This document shows, piece by piece, positions 16,783 to 25,312 of a stretch of DNA of 41,477 nt. The notes under the pieces were generated by a model. It was not told the DNA's origin, made no database searches, and saw only the letters and a program-made list of their open reading frames with translations. The position numbers and the translations under genes were made by a program. The stretch is from an uncultured bacterium (lineage in GTDB: Bacteria > CAYJRR01). The first letter of the stretch is position 1, and every line of letters starts with the position of its first letter. Where the stretch lies: NCBI GenBank assembly GCA_964372275.1, contig CAYJRR010000022.1, positions 1-41,477 of the forward strand, written 5' to 3'.

Positions 16783-18998
16783 GGTCTTCCCTCGCCCAAC
16801 GACTCCAGCACCGCATCGATCTCCTCGGCGGCGAGGGTCCCGTTTCCCGGGCGATTGCCGGGATCGATCGCCGACATCCGTCGCAGCAGGGCGACGACCG
16901 GTTCCGGGATCTCCGGGACCCGCTCGCGCGGATCGGGCAGGGGCTCGGTCATCGCGCGTCGCAAGACCTCCGTCGGCGTGCCGCGGAAGGCCGATTCGCC
17001 GGTGAGCAGCTTGTACCACGTCACCGCCAGGCTGTAGACGTCGCTCTGCGGGTGGACCGGCATCCCCTGGGCCTGCTCCGGAGAGAGGTATCCGATCGTA
17101 CCGATGGCGATCCCGGCGGCGGTGATCCGGTCGGCATCCGACAGGACGGCGATCCCGAAGTCTGCGACCTTCACCGCTTCGCCGCCGGCGTCGACCAGCA
17201 GCACGTTCGCCGGTTTCACGTCGCGGTGGACGATCCCTCGTTCGTGCGCGGCGCCGAGTCCGCGCGCCACCCCGGCGACGATGCGGCTCATCCGCGACCA
17301 CGGCAGCGGGCGCGGCGATGCGGCGCCCTTGAGCAGGTCGTCGAGCGAGCCGCCCTGGACGAACTCCATGACGATGTAGGGGACCGTCGCGTCGGACCCG
17401 ATCTCGTGGACCTGGACCACGTTGGGATGGGCAATCCGGGCGATTGCGAGCGCCTCGCGCCGGAAACGGGCGTACGCGTTCGGCTCGCTCGATTCGAGGA
17501 TCTTGAGCGCCACCTTTCGCTCCAGCGAGGTGTCCTCGGCCAGGAACAGCGCCCCCATTCCGCCGCGCCCGAGCCGACGGGTGACGCGGTAGCGGCCAAC
17601 CATTACCGGCCGAACCAGGCGCTGTCCGCCGACCAGAAGCTCGATTCCGACCTCCGGTTCCGGCGCCACCCCGGACGGGTCGAGGCGGCGCGTGGTCTCC
17701 GGCTCCACGGCCGCTCGCACCGTCATGTCGGCGCGCAGCGCCGCCGCCGGGATCGGAAGCGTCTCCGTGGAGGAGAGCTCTCGCTTGGCGTTTGCGAGCA
17801 GCGCGCGCAGCGTCCGGCGTTCGCCCTCCGCGCGGCGCGCGGCAAATGCGGCGAGCAGCGCCCCGTCCCCGAGCACGAGCGCCGCCGGCGCGGCCACCGG
17901 GAGGAAGAGGTCGGCGAGAGGTACCAGCGCCGCGCCAGCGGAGACGACGAGGACGAGAGAGAGCGCGGTGGCAAGGATCACCTCGGTCACCGGCCGGGCG
18001 GCGATCCTCCCGGCCGCCGCTGCGACGCCTAGCGCGAGTACGATCACCGCGGGAAAGACCGGGACGGTCCGAGGCGTACGTCCCCCGTCCAGGGTACGCA
18101 CCGCGTAGGCGTTGAGAAGTCCGCCGGGAGTTCCGCTCGAGATCGGCGACGCGAATCGGTCGGCGGTGTAGGCCGAGTCGACGTAGACGATCGCCAGCCG
18201 TCCTCCAAGGCGATCGCGAAGCGTCCCGTCCGGTGGCCGTGAGAGGAGCTCGGCCGCGGAGAGCGCGGGCGCTCTCGGTCCGCCGGGCACGAAGTCGAAG
18301 TAGGCCTGTCCGCCGTGCAGGCGGAGCCTTCTCCCCGGTCCGAAGCGGAGTTCGCCGTCCTCGAGCCGGACGCTCGCCGGGTCCCAGCTACGGTGGCGCA
18401 ACAGCGTGCGGAGGGAGAGGTCCGGGATCGACCCCGGCCGACCCGCGACCGCCAGGAGCGGCGTGAACGATCGCATGCGGCCGTCGTCGGCGGGGAAGGT
18501 GGCGATGTGACCGAGCCCGGCGGCGGCGTTCGCCACCGGCGGAATCGGCACGATCAGATTCTCCGGCGGGAAGGCGATCGACCACCCCGGCGCGTCGACC
18601 GCGGCGCGGCGGAGGGTGTCGGGGTTGGGGGCCAGGCCCCCGTCGCGTGCGATCCCGATGGCCAGCACCGAGTCGGCGACGGCGCCGGCCAACGACACGT
18701 CGGGTGCGGTCTCGCTCGGCACGCCGAACAGGAGATCGAGCAACACCGTGCGCGCGCCATGGGCGCGAAGGCGATGAAGCAACTCCGCGATCCGGTCGCG
18801 CCGCCAGGGCCAGCGTCCTTCGATTCGCATCGCCGCGTCGTCGATCGGGACCAGGACCAGGTCGGCTGGCCAGCCTCCGTCCACACGCAGGCGCAATCGC
18901 AGGTCGAATGCCGCCCGTTCGAGCGGAACGAGGACCGGTTGGACGAGGACGACCGACAGCGCGACCAGCAGAGTCGAAGCGGCGTGGCGCGCCTTCAC
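16779..18998 (-). CDS. CHASE2 sensor - membrane - Hanks-type Ser/Thr protein kinase
   Basis: CHASE2 motifs LERAAFDLRL, VPIDD...GRWPWRR, DLLF, DDGRMR; three TM helices; kinase LGRGGMG, VALK, HRDVKPANV, DFGIA, GTIGYLSPEQ, SDVYSL. The start codon (GTG 18998) is approximate. Confidence 0.9.
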   Translation of the reverse strand: MKARHAASTLLVALSVVLVQPVLVPLERAAFDLRLRLRVDGGWPADLVLVPIDDAAMRIEGRWPWRRDRIAELLHRLRAHGARTVLLDLLFGVPSETAPDVSLAGAVADSVLAIGIARDGGLAPNPDTLRRAAVDAPGWSIAFPPENLIVPIPPVANAAAGLGHIATFPADDGRMRSFTPLLAVAGRPGSIPDLSLRTLLRHRSWDPASVRLEDGELRFGPGRRLRLHGGQAYFDFVPGGPRAPALSAAELLSRPPDGTLRDRLGGRLAIVYVDSAYTADRFASPISSGTPGGLLNAYAVRTLDGGRTPRTVPVFPAVIVLALGVAAAAGRIAARPVTEVILATALSLVLVVSAGAALVPLADLFLPVAAPAALVLGDGALLAAFAARRAEGERRTLRALLANAKRELSSTETLPIPAAALRADMTVRAAVEPETTRRLDPSGVAPEPEVGIELLVGGQRLVRPVMVGRYRVTRRLGRGGMGALFLAEDTSLERKVALKILESSEPNAYARFRREALAIARIAHPNVVQVHEIGSDATVPYIVMEFVQGGSLDDLLKGAASPRPLPWSRMSRIVAGVARGLGAAHERGIVHRDVKPANVLLVDAGGEAVKVADFGIAVLSDADRITAAGIAIGTIGYLSPEQAQGMPVHPQSDVYSLAVTWYKLLTGESAFRGTPTEVLRRAMTEPLPDPRERVPEIPEPVVALLRRMSAIDPGNRPGNGTLAAEEIDAVLESLGEGRP

Positions 18999-19057
18999 GA
19001 AGGGTTCCGCCGCTTGGGCTCGATCGGGAACTCCCGCACCCCTGCTAGCGTACTCGA

Positions 19058-20461
19058 TCAGGCGTCGGCGACGGGGAGCGTGAAGTGGAAGGTGCTGCCC
19101 TTGCCGACCTCGCTCTCGACCCAGATGCGGCCGCCGTGGGCCTCGACCAGGGCCTTGGCGATGAAGAGGCCGAGGCCGACCCCCTTCTGGTCGGCACCGC
19201 GGTTCCCTTGCCAATATTGGCGGAAGATCTTGCCCACCTGGTCGCGCGGAATCCCGGAGCCGGTGTCGGCCACCGAAAACCGGACCTCCTTCCCCTCGCG
19301 CCGTCCGCGCAACGTGATCGATTCGTCGCGCGGCGTGTGCTTGAAGGCGTTCCCGACGAGATTGGAGAAGACCTGCAGCACGCGCTCCTTGTCGGCCACG
19401 ACGAAGACGGCGGAAGCGAGCAGCTCCGCCTGCAGGCGGTGCGGCCCCTCCGCCGCCAGGATGCGTTGCGATTCGAACGCGTCGACGAGGAGGCGGTTGG
19501 CGTCCCACCGCTGTGGAGCGACCGAAAGCGTGCCGGAGTCGATTGCGCTCACGTCGAGGAGGTCTCGAAGCAGGTGCTTCATCTGCTCCTGGCTTTTCTT
19601 GATCGACTCGAGGTTCGTCCGCGCCTTCGAGTTCTCCGACGGCAGGGCGCGCAGCAGCAGGTCGACCCGGAGGAAGGCGTTGTTCAGCGGAGTCCGGAGG
19701 TCGTGCGACACCATGTAGAGGAGGTCCTCGCGCGACTTGACCGCCTGCCTCGCCTCGCGAAAACGCCGCGAGATGTCGACCGCGATCGCCGCCCTCTCCG
19801 CCACCTTCTCCGCCGTCTCCACGTCGGCAGGGCCGAAGCGCCGGTTCGATTCGGCCATCATCAACAGCGACAGCGTCCCGATCGTCTTCCCCTGGACGAT
19901 CATCGGCACGACGACGCACGAGCGGAAGCCGAGCGTGAGATTGATCCGCTTGTGCTCCTCGTCGCGGGAGGCCGCGATGAGCAGTTCGTCGGTGATCTCC
20001 GGATAGAGCTCCGATCGGCCGGTCTTCAGGACGCTCGGGACGCCGCGCGGGAAGTCCGGGTCGACCGGATAGCGTCGGCGGAGCTCCTCGTAGACCGGGA
20101 TCTTCGCCGGGTCGACGTGGGCGATCGTCGTCTCGAGCGGGTCGGTCCGGTTGCCGGTCACCAGGTCGACCACGCACAGGTCGGCAATCCGCGGGACGGC
20201 GACGGCGGCGACCTTCCGCAGCGTCGTCTCGTAGTCGAGGCTCTCGGTCAGGATCCGGCTCGCTTCCAGGAGGTAGTTCGCCCGCCGCGCGGCGGCTTCG
20301 GCCTCGCACCGCGCCGCCCTTTCCCGCTGCAACCGCGCTTCGAGCCGGAGGAGGGCCGCGTCGTCCGACCCGGGCGCCGCCGGCACGCCCTCGCCGGCCG
20401 TGCTCACGGTAGACGCGTCGCGCGGGGCGACTGGTCGGTCATTCGGTGTGAGAGGGGGCAT
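19058..20461 (-). CDS. Cytoplasmic GAF-domain sensor histidine kinase
   Basis: [31 protein letters not shown]-box; [34 protein letters not shown]; start uncertain. Confidence 0.92.
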   Translation of the reverse strand: MPPLTPNDRPVAPRDASTVSTAGEGVPAAPGSDDAALLRLEARLQRERAARCEAEAAARRANYLLEASRILTESLDYETTLRKVAAVAVPRIADLCVVDLVTGNRTDPLETTIAHVDPAKIPVYEELRRRYPVDPDFPRGVPSVLKTGRSELYPEITDELLIAASRDEEHKRINLTLGFRSCVVVPMIVQGKTIGTLSLLMMAESNRRFGPADVETAEKVAERAAIAVDISRRFREARQAVKSREDLLYMVSHDLRTPLNNAFLRVDLLLRALPSENSKARTNLESIKKSQEQMKHLLRDLLDVSAIDSGTLSVAPQRWDANRLLVDAFESQRILAAEGPHRLQAELLASAVFVVADKERVLQVFSNLVGNAFKHTPRDESITLRGRREGKEVRFSVADTGSGIPRDQVGKIFRQYWQGNRGADQKGVGLGLFIAKALVEAHGGRIWVESEVGKGSTFHFTLPVADA

Positions 20462-20609
20462 CGAAACGAGCCGGACCGAGGAATGGCTCCGGCGGTGTAT
20501 AGCGTCACCCCATCCCTCCGACAAGCGCACAAACTGCAATCAAGACGAATGATTTAGGTCGATCGTCTCGTTGTGAAATCAAGGTGAATCGATGCGTCCC
20601 ACGGACCGG

Positions 20610-21473
20610 TCAGCGGGGCCGCGCGATCTCCTCGCGGAGGCGCTTTTCGGCGACGGCGAGATAGTCGGCGTCCAGGTCGAAGCCGATCGATCGGCAGCCG
20701 ACGCGCAGGGCGGCGAGCGGCGTCGAGCCCAACCCCACGAACGGATCGAGCGCCAGACTCGTCGGTACGGCGCCGTGGAGTCGCAGGCACATCTCCGCCA
20801 GCTTCGCGGGGAAGGTCGCCGGATGCGGCCGGTCGGTGTCGCGCCGTTGGATCGTCTCGTAGGGGACGAACCAGACGTTGCCCCGACAGCGGAGGTCTCG
20901 CTTGCCGGTGTGCTCCCACCGCGCGATGTTGCTCTTGTCCTGGTAGGGGACGCCGATCGAGAGTCGATCGAGCGGGACCTCGCCGGTCGGCGTGAGGTGG
21001 AAAACGAACTCGTGCGCGTCGTTCAGGAAGCGGCCGCTGTTCACCGGTTTGTAGTGACCGACCGAGAGGTCCTCCCGCAGGCCCGACATCGGACCGGCAT
21101 CGGCGCGCGCGATCGAGATCGCCTTGATCCAGTGGATCACGTTCTGGAGGTGGAACCGCTCGCGCAGGCGGGAGACGACGTCCCAGGCGATCCACGGATC
21201 GACCGGCCGGTTCCCGACGTTGAGGAAGAAGCTGCCGGTCGGTTTCAGCACCCGCGCGATCTCGATCCCGACCGTCTCGATCCATGCCAGGTAGTCGGCG
21301 CGCGGCCGATCGTCGCGGTAGGCGCCGTACTTCACCCCGATGTTGTACGGGGGAGAGGTCACCACGACGTCGACCGAGCCGTCGGCGAGCCGGCTCCGCA
21401 TCCCCGCCAGGCAGTCGCCGTGGTGCAGCTCCGCGCGCGCGACCCCGTGCTCGACGATCACCGGCCCGCTCAC
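20610..21473 (-). CDS. Orphan site-specific DNA methyltransferase (N4-C/N6-A, beta class)
   Basis: GDCL, VVVTSPPYN (motif IV) precedes HPATFP and LDPFVGLGST (motif I); GTGA overlap with the argB stop. Confidence 0.92.
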   Translation of the reverse strand: MSGPVIVEHGVARAELHHGDCLAGMRSRLADGSVDVVVTSPPYNIGVKYGAYRDDRPRADYLAWIETVGIEIARVLKPTGSFFLNVGNRPVDPWIAWDVVSRLRERFHLQNVIHWIKAISIARADAGPMSGLREDLSVGHYKPVNSGRFLNDAHEFVFHLTPTGEVPLDRLSIGVPYQDKSNIARWEHTGKRDLRCRGNVWFVPYETIQRRDTDRPHPATFPAKLAEMCLRLHGAVPTSLALDPFVGLGSTPLAALRVGCRSIGFDLDADYLAVAEKRLREEIARPR

Positions 21474-22348
21474 GGCGCTTCCCGCACGAACGCGGTTCCC
21501 CAGCGGCCCGGCCAGACCGCCTCCTCCACGATGGCGTGCTCGGGGTCGAGACCGACCAGGTGCACCGACTCGATCCCGTCGTCGAGCGCGGCCAGCGCCG
21601 CCTCCACCTTCGGAATCATCCCACCGCGGATGCTCCCGTCCGCGATCCGCGCGCGCGCCTCGTCCGGCGAAAGGTGCGGAAGGCGCGTGGTCGGATCGGC
21701 CGGGTCGCGGAGCACTCCGGGCACGTTCGATACGAGCAAGAGCTTCGCGGCGCGCGCGGCGGTGGCGATCCGGGTCGCCACGGTGTCGGCGTTGATGTTG
21801 TAGACGTTCCCGTCGTCATCCGCGGAGAGCGAGGCGATCACCGGGACGACGTCGGCCGCGGCCAGCCTCTCCAGCAGTCCGACGTTGACGCGCGTGACGT
21901 CGCCGACCCATCCCAGATCGACCGGATCCGGGCCGCCGCCGGTGATCCGTTTCGGCGGGCGCCGGACCGCTTCGACGATCCCGGCCGAGACGCCGGTGGT
22001 GGCGATCGCCGGCACGCCGGCGAGCCGGAAGGCGGAGGCGATCTCGACCGAGACGACGCCGGCGAGGGTCATCTTCATCACCTCCAGCGTCGCCTCGTCG
22101 GTGACGCGCCGGCCGGCGATCACCGTGGGCTCGATCCCCAATCGCGTGGAGAGGTCGGTCGCCTGGGGGCCGGCGCCGTGGACCACCGCCACCTTGATCC
22201 CGGCGTCGAGCAGACCGGAGATCGACCGGCCGACCGTCGCCGCCAGCCTCGCGCGGTCTCCGGCCAGCTCGCCGCCGACCTTCAGGACGAACCAGCGGCC
22301 GGCGTAGACGCGGAGCGGATGCTCGCTCGCGTCGCGACCGCCGCTCAC
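21470..22348 (-). CDS. argB: Acetylglutamate kinase
   Basis: VLKVGG, VVHGAGPQ, GRRVTD, YNINADTVA, GGMIPKV; adjacent to argC. Confidence 0.93.
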   Translation of the reverse strand: MSGGRDASEHPLRVYAGRWFVLKVGGELAGDRARLAATVGRSISGLLDAGIKVAVVHGAGPQATDLSTRLGIEPTVIAGRRVTDEATLEVMKMTLAGVVSVEIASAFRLAGVPAIATTGVSAGIVEAVRRPPKRITGGGPDPVDLGWVGDVTRVNVGLLERLAAADVVPVIASLSADDDGNVYNINADTVATRIATAARAAKLLLVSNVPGVLRDPADPTTRLPHLSPDEARARIADGSIRGGMIPKVEAALAALDDGIESVHLVGLDPEHAIVEEAVWPGRWGTAFVREAP

Positions 22349-22373
22349 GGGTCCTCGCTTTCCGCGATGCGTC

Positions 22374-23429
22374 TCATGGCCACAGCCCGGGCTCGCGCAG
22401 GGTGAGCGTCTCGTCGTAGCCCATCATCGCGTTGAAGGCCTGGATCGCCTGGCCGGCGCCCCCTTTGACCAGGTTGTCGATCGCCGAGAAGCAGACGACT
22501 CGCCGCGTTCCTCCCGTCGCCGGGCCCAGCGCGAATCCGACTTCGGCGTAGTTGCCACCGGCGACGGCGATCACCTCCGGCGCGCGTCCTTCGGGAAGGC
22601 GCACGAACGGCTCGCCCACGAACGCCTCGTGCCACAGCCGGCGCAGATCCGATTCGGTCGTCGAGGCCTCCACCTCGGCGAAGCTGGTGGCGAAGATGCC
22701 GCGCGGCAGCGGCGCCGACACCGGCACCATCTCCAGCGAGAGATCGCGCGCGCCGACGAGTCCGAGCGCCTGGACGATCTCCGGGACGTGCTGGTGCTCG
22801 AGCGGCTTGTAGGTGCGAAGGTTCGACGCGCGCAGCGGATGGTGGGTGGTGATCGCGGGATTGGCGCCGCTCCCCGACGATCCGGTCGAGGCCACCGTAT
22901 GGACCGGCCCGCGCAGCCGCCCGGCGCGGGCCAGCGGCGCCAGCCCCAGCGTGATCGCCGTCGCGAAACAGCCCGGCGAGGCGATGCATCGAGCCCCGCG
23001 GATGGCCTTGCGGTTGATCTCCGGCAAGCCGTAGACGAACGGCCCGCGGATCAGGAGCTCCGGGGCGGGGTGCTCGGCGCCGTAATAGGCGCGGTAGGCC
23101 GCCGGATCGCGAAGGCGGAAGTCACCCGAAAGGTCGACGATCCGGACGCCGGAGGGGAGGATCTCGGTCACCACCGCCGCCGTCACCTTGTGCGGCATCG
23201 CCAGGAACGCGACGTCGATCCCGCGGACGGCCTCCGCAGGCGACATCTGCTCGAAGACGAGGTCGGTCGCGCCCGCCAGGTTGAGATGGACGTCGCCCAC
23301 GCGCCGGCCGATGTTGTCGGCGGCGGTGACGCGCGCCACCTCCACGTCGGGATGGAAGAGCAGCCGGCGGAGGAGTTCCGCGCCGCCGTACCCGGTCCCG
23401 CCGATGACGACTGCCTTCTGCCGTGCCAT
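22374..23429 (-). CDS. argC: N-acetyl-gamma-glutamyl-phosphate reductase
   Basis: GGTGYGG, DLSGDFRL, YGLPE, IASPGCFAT, SGSGA, HQHVPEI, DNLVKGGAGQAIQ. Confidence 0.95.
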   Translation of the reverse strand: MARQKAVVIGGTGYGGAELLRRLLFHPDVEVARVTAADNIGRRVGDVHLNLAGATDLVFEQMSPAEAVRGIDVAFLAMPHKVTAAVVTEILPSGVRIVDLSGDFRLRDPAAYRAYYGAEHPAPELLIRGPFVYGLPEINRKAIRGARCIASPGCFATAITLGLAPLARAGRLRGPVHTVASTGSSGSGANPAITTHHPLRASNLRTYKPLEHQHVPEIVQALGLVGARDLSLEMVPVSAPLPRGIFATSFAEVEASTTESDLRRLWHEAFVGEPFVRLPEGRAPEVIAVAGGNYAEVGFALGPATGGTRRVVCFSAIDNLVKGGAGQAIQAFNAMMGYDETLTLREPGLWP

Positions 23430-23472
23430 CGAGCGGGAAGATAGCCGAGCGATTCGGCCGACGCGAGCAGGG

Positions 23473-24282
23473 TTAGTTCGTGGTCGCCGGCCCTGCCGCG
23501 CCCCAGAGGGTGAACGGGCCGTTGGCGAACTGCCCGAGCACCGTCGTCGCGGCGGTCGTCTCGTTCACCGCCGCCAGCTTCGGCGGATAGGTGGCGAACA
23601 GCGCGTAGAGCTGTCCGTCGCAGCCGTAGTCGAGCCCGTACACCGACGTCGATCCCAGATCGCCGACCAGCTCGACCGTTCCGTCCTGCGTGTCGAAGAC
23701 GTACATCCGGTCGTTCTGTCCGAAGCCGCCGGTCGCCGATCCGTAGGCCCGCGTCCCGGTCGCGGTGGCGATGTCGCCGGAGAAGCTGCTGCCGCCCGGG
23801 AGCGTGCCCCAGCTCGCGGCATCGCCCGTTCCGACGTCGATCGACTTCATCTCGGCGCCGCCGCCCACCAGCAATCGTCCGTCGGGAAGCGAATCGAGCG
23901 CGTTCTGCTGGTCGAGCCACGTGCCGGCGGAGATCATCGTCGCGGCGCCGGTCGACGGATCGAGCTCGTAGGTGGAGCTGAAGCCGATGCCGATCATCCG
24001 GTTGTCGGCGGTGATGGCGATGTCGGTCAGGCCGTAGACGCCGGTCGGTCCGACGATCGTGGCGGTGATCTGTTCCGGGTCGATCACCCACAGGCTCGAG
24101 TCGGAGTCGACACCGTAGAACATGCATTCGACCGGGGTCGAGGTCGGCGTCGGGTTCGGGGTCGGCTCGTCGGTCGGCGTCGGCGTCGGTTCGCCGTCGG
24201 CGCCGGTGACGATGTCGTTGTCGTTGCACCCGCCGAGGGTGGTCGCGACCAGCAGTGGAAGCAGCAACGTCCGAGCGTTCAT
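23473..24282 (-). CDS. Lipoprotein with a Pro/Thr linker and probable beta-propeller domain
   Basis: Lipobox LGGC; EPTPTPTDEPTPNPTPTSTP linker; repeats of the type TDIA, SGDIA, xDPxTG, VYGL. Confidence 0.8.
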   Translation of the reverse strand: MNARTLLLPLLVATTLGGCNDNDIVTGADGEPTPTPTDEPTPNPTPTSTPVECMFYGVDSDSSLWVIDPEQITATIVGPTGVYGLTDIAITADNRMIGIGFSSTYELDPSTGAATMISAGTWLDQQNALDSLPDGRLLVGGGAEMKSIDVGTGDAASWGTLPGGSSFSGDIATATGTRAYGSATGGFGQNDRMYVFDTQDGTVELVGDLGSTSVYGLDYGCDGQLYALFATYPPKLAAVNETTAATTVLGQFANGPFTLWGAAGPATTN

Positions 24283-24338
24283 CGTCCCCCCAAAGCGGCC
24301 CGCGAGCCTACCACGACCCGCTCCGCCCCGCTTTGCGG

Positions 24339-24354
24339 AGCATCCTCCGTGCCA
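24339..24354 (-). promoter_or_regulatory. Putative sigma54 promoter of the propeller lipoprotein gene
   Basis: Minus strand TGGCAC-GGAGG-ATGCT, GG-N10-GC. Confidence 0.72.
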
Positions 24355-24370
24355 GGAGAGAATCGAACAA

Positions 24371-24383
24371 AATCAAAAACTTA
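24371..24383. promoter_or_regulatory. IHF binding site
   Basis: AATCAAAAACTTA matches WATCAANNNNTTR exactly, within an AT-rich patch just upstream of the sigma54 motif. Confidence 0.7.
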
Positions 24384-24447
24384 AATGAAATGAATGCGGA
24401 TTCGCAACTGTCCACCTGGGGCAGCGATGTCCACGCCGCGAACGAAC

Positions 24448-25164
24448 CTACTCGGCCTCGATCGTCACCGGAACCGAGACGCTGTTCGGCGCGGGGCCCG
24501 CCTCCGGCACGCGGTACTCGGCGTTGACGGTGACGGTGAGCAGGTAGTCGCCGGGGGGAACGTCGGTGATGTCGATCCACTGGCAGTCGAGCGACGAGTC
24601 GTAGATGTCCTCCCACCCTTTGCTGATCCCCTGGTAGTCGCAGTCGTAGTAGCGGGCGGAGTCTCCGTCGTTCTGGTAGTCGTCGATGTCCATCAGGCAG
24701 AAGGCCTGCTTGTGCCCCGCCGCGATCTCCCCTTGCTCGTTGGAGAGGCTGTACTTGGCGAAGCCGGCGTGATGGAGATGGTCGTGGCAGGCGCTGTATT
24801 CGAACTCTTCGGGGTGTTCGGTCGGATCGCCGATCACCAGGTCGACCTCGCCGACGTTGGCCACTCCGACGTCGAAGCGCATCACACGGCGCGTCTCGCC
24901 GCCGACGATGCAGCCCTCGACCACCGCGCAATCGTTCGGGGCGCGGTATTCGTACTCGTTCACCGCGTCGATCGAGGCGGTCAAAAGCGGCACGTCGATG
25001 GTGAGGTCCGGCAGGCTCTGGGTCGGACCGTTGTGGTCGGGAGGGGTGAGCCGGCCCGGATTGTCGAACCCCCGCTCGCTCGCGCCGTCCGAGCGGCCCT
25101 CGCATCCGGCGGCGGGGAGGAGCAGCAGCGTGGCGAGAAGCACGACCGCGTCGTTCCGGAACAT
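24448..25164 (-). CDS. Lysyl oxidase family lipoprotein
   Basis: Lipobox AAGC; CAVVEGC, RRVMRF, Cu-binding CHDHLH, GHKQAFCLMD (LTQ Lys), QGISKGWEDIY...DCQWIDITDVPPGDY (LTQ Tyr); alternative ATG at 25170. Confidence 0.92.
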   Translation of the reverse strand: MFRNDAVVLLATLLLLPAAGCEGRSDGASERGFDNPGRLTPPDHNGPTQSLPDLTIDVPLLTASIDAVNEYEYRAPNDCAVVEGCIVGGETRRVMRFDVGVANVGEVDLVIGDPTEHPEEFEYSACHDHLHHAGFAKYSLSNEQGEIAAGHKQAFCLMDIDDYQNDGDSARYYDCDYQGISKGWEDIYDSSLDCQWIDITDVPPGDYLLTVTVNAEYRVPEAGPAPNSVSVPVTIEAE

Positions 25165-25182
25165 CGGCATCCCCCCGCGTGC

Positions 25183-25198
25183 AGCACCGACCGTGCCA
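25183..25198 (-). promoter_or_regulatory. Putative sigma54 promoter of the lysyl oxidase gene
   Basis: Minus strand TGGCAC-GGTCG-GTGCT, GG-N10-GC. Confidence 0.62.
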
Positions 25199-25312
25199 CG
25201 CCCTAACGTGCCGATTCTAGACGTACCGAGAGGCGTTCCGCCGCGGAAAGGGGGGCGCCAGAACCGCCATCTCGCGCCGCCTTGTCGCACGCGGCAGGAA
25301 CCGAGCGGCGGT

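Noticed and set aside
16779-20309. 1176-aa ORF suggesting a giant kinase fusion
   Set aside because: The first ~437 codons are an Arg/Pro-rich shadow frame over the His kinase gene; recognisable CHASE2 sequence only begins near 18998.
20610-21473. Restriction-modification system
   Set aside because: No endonuclease, specificity subunit or controller gene is adjacent.
24130-24195. Short tandem GTCGG(C/G) repeats
   Set aside because: They encode the Pro/Thr linker of a lipoprotein.
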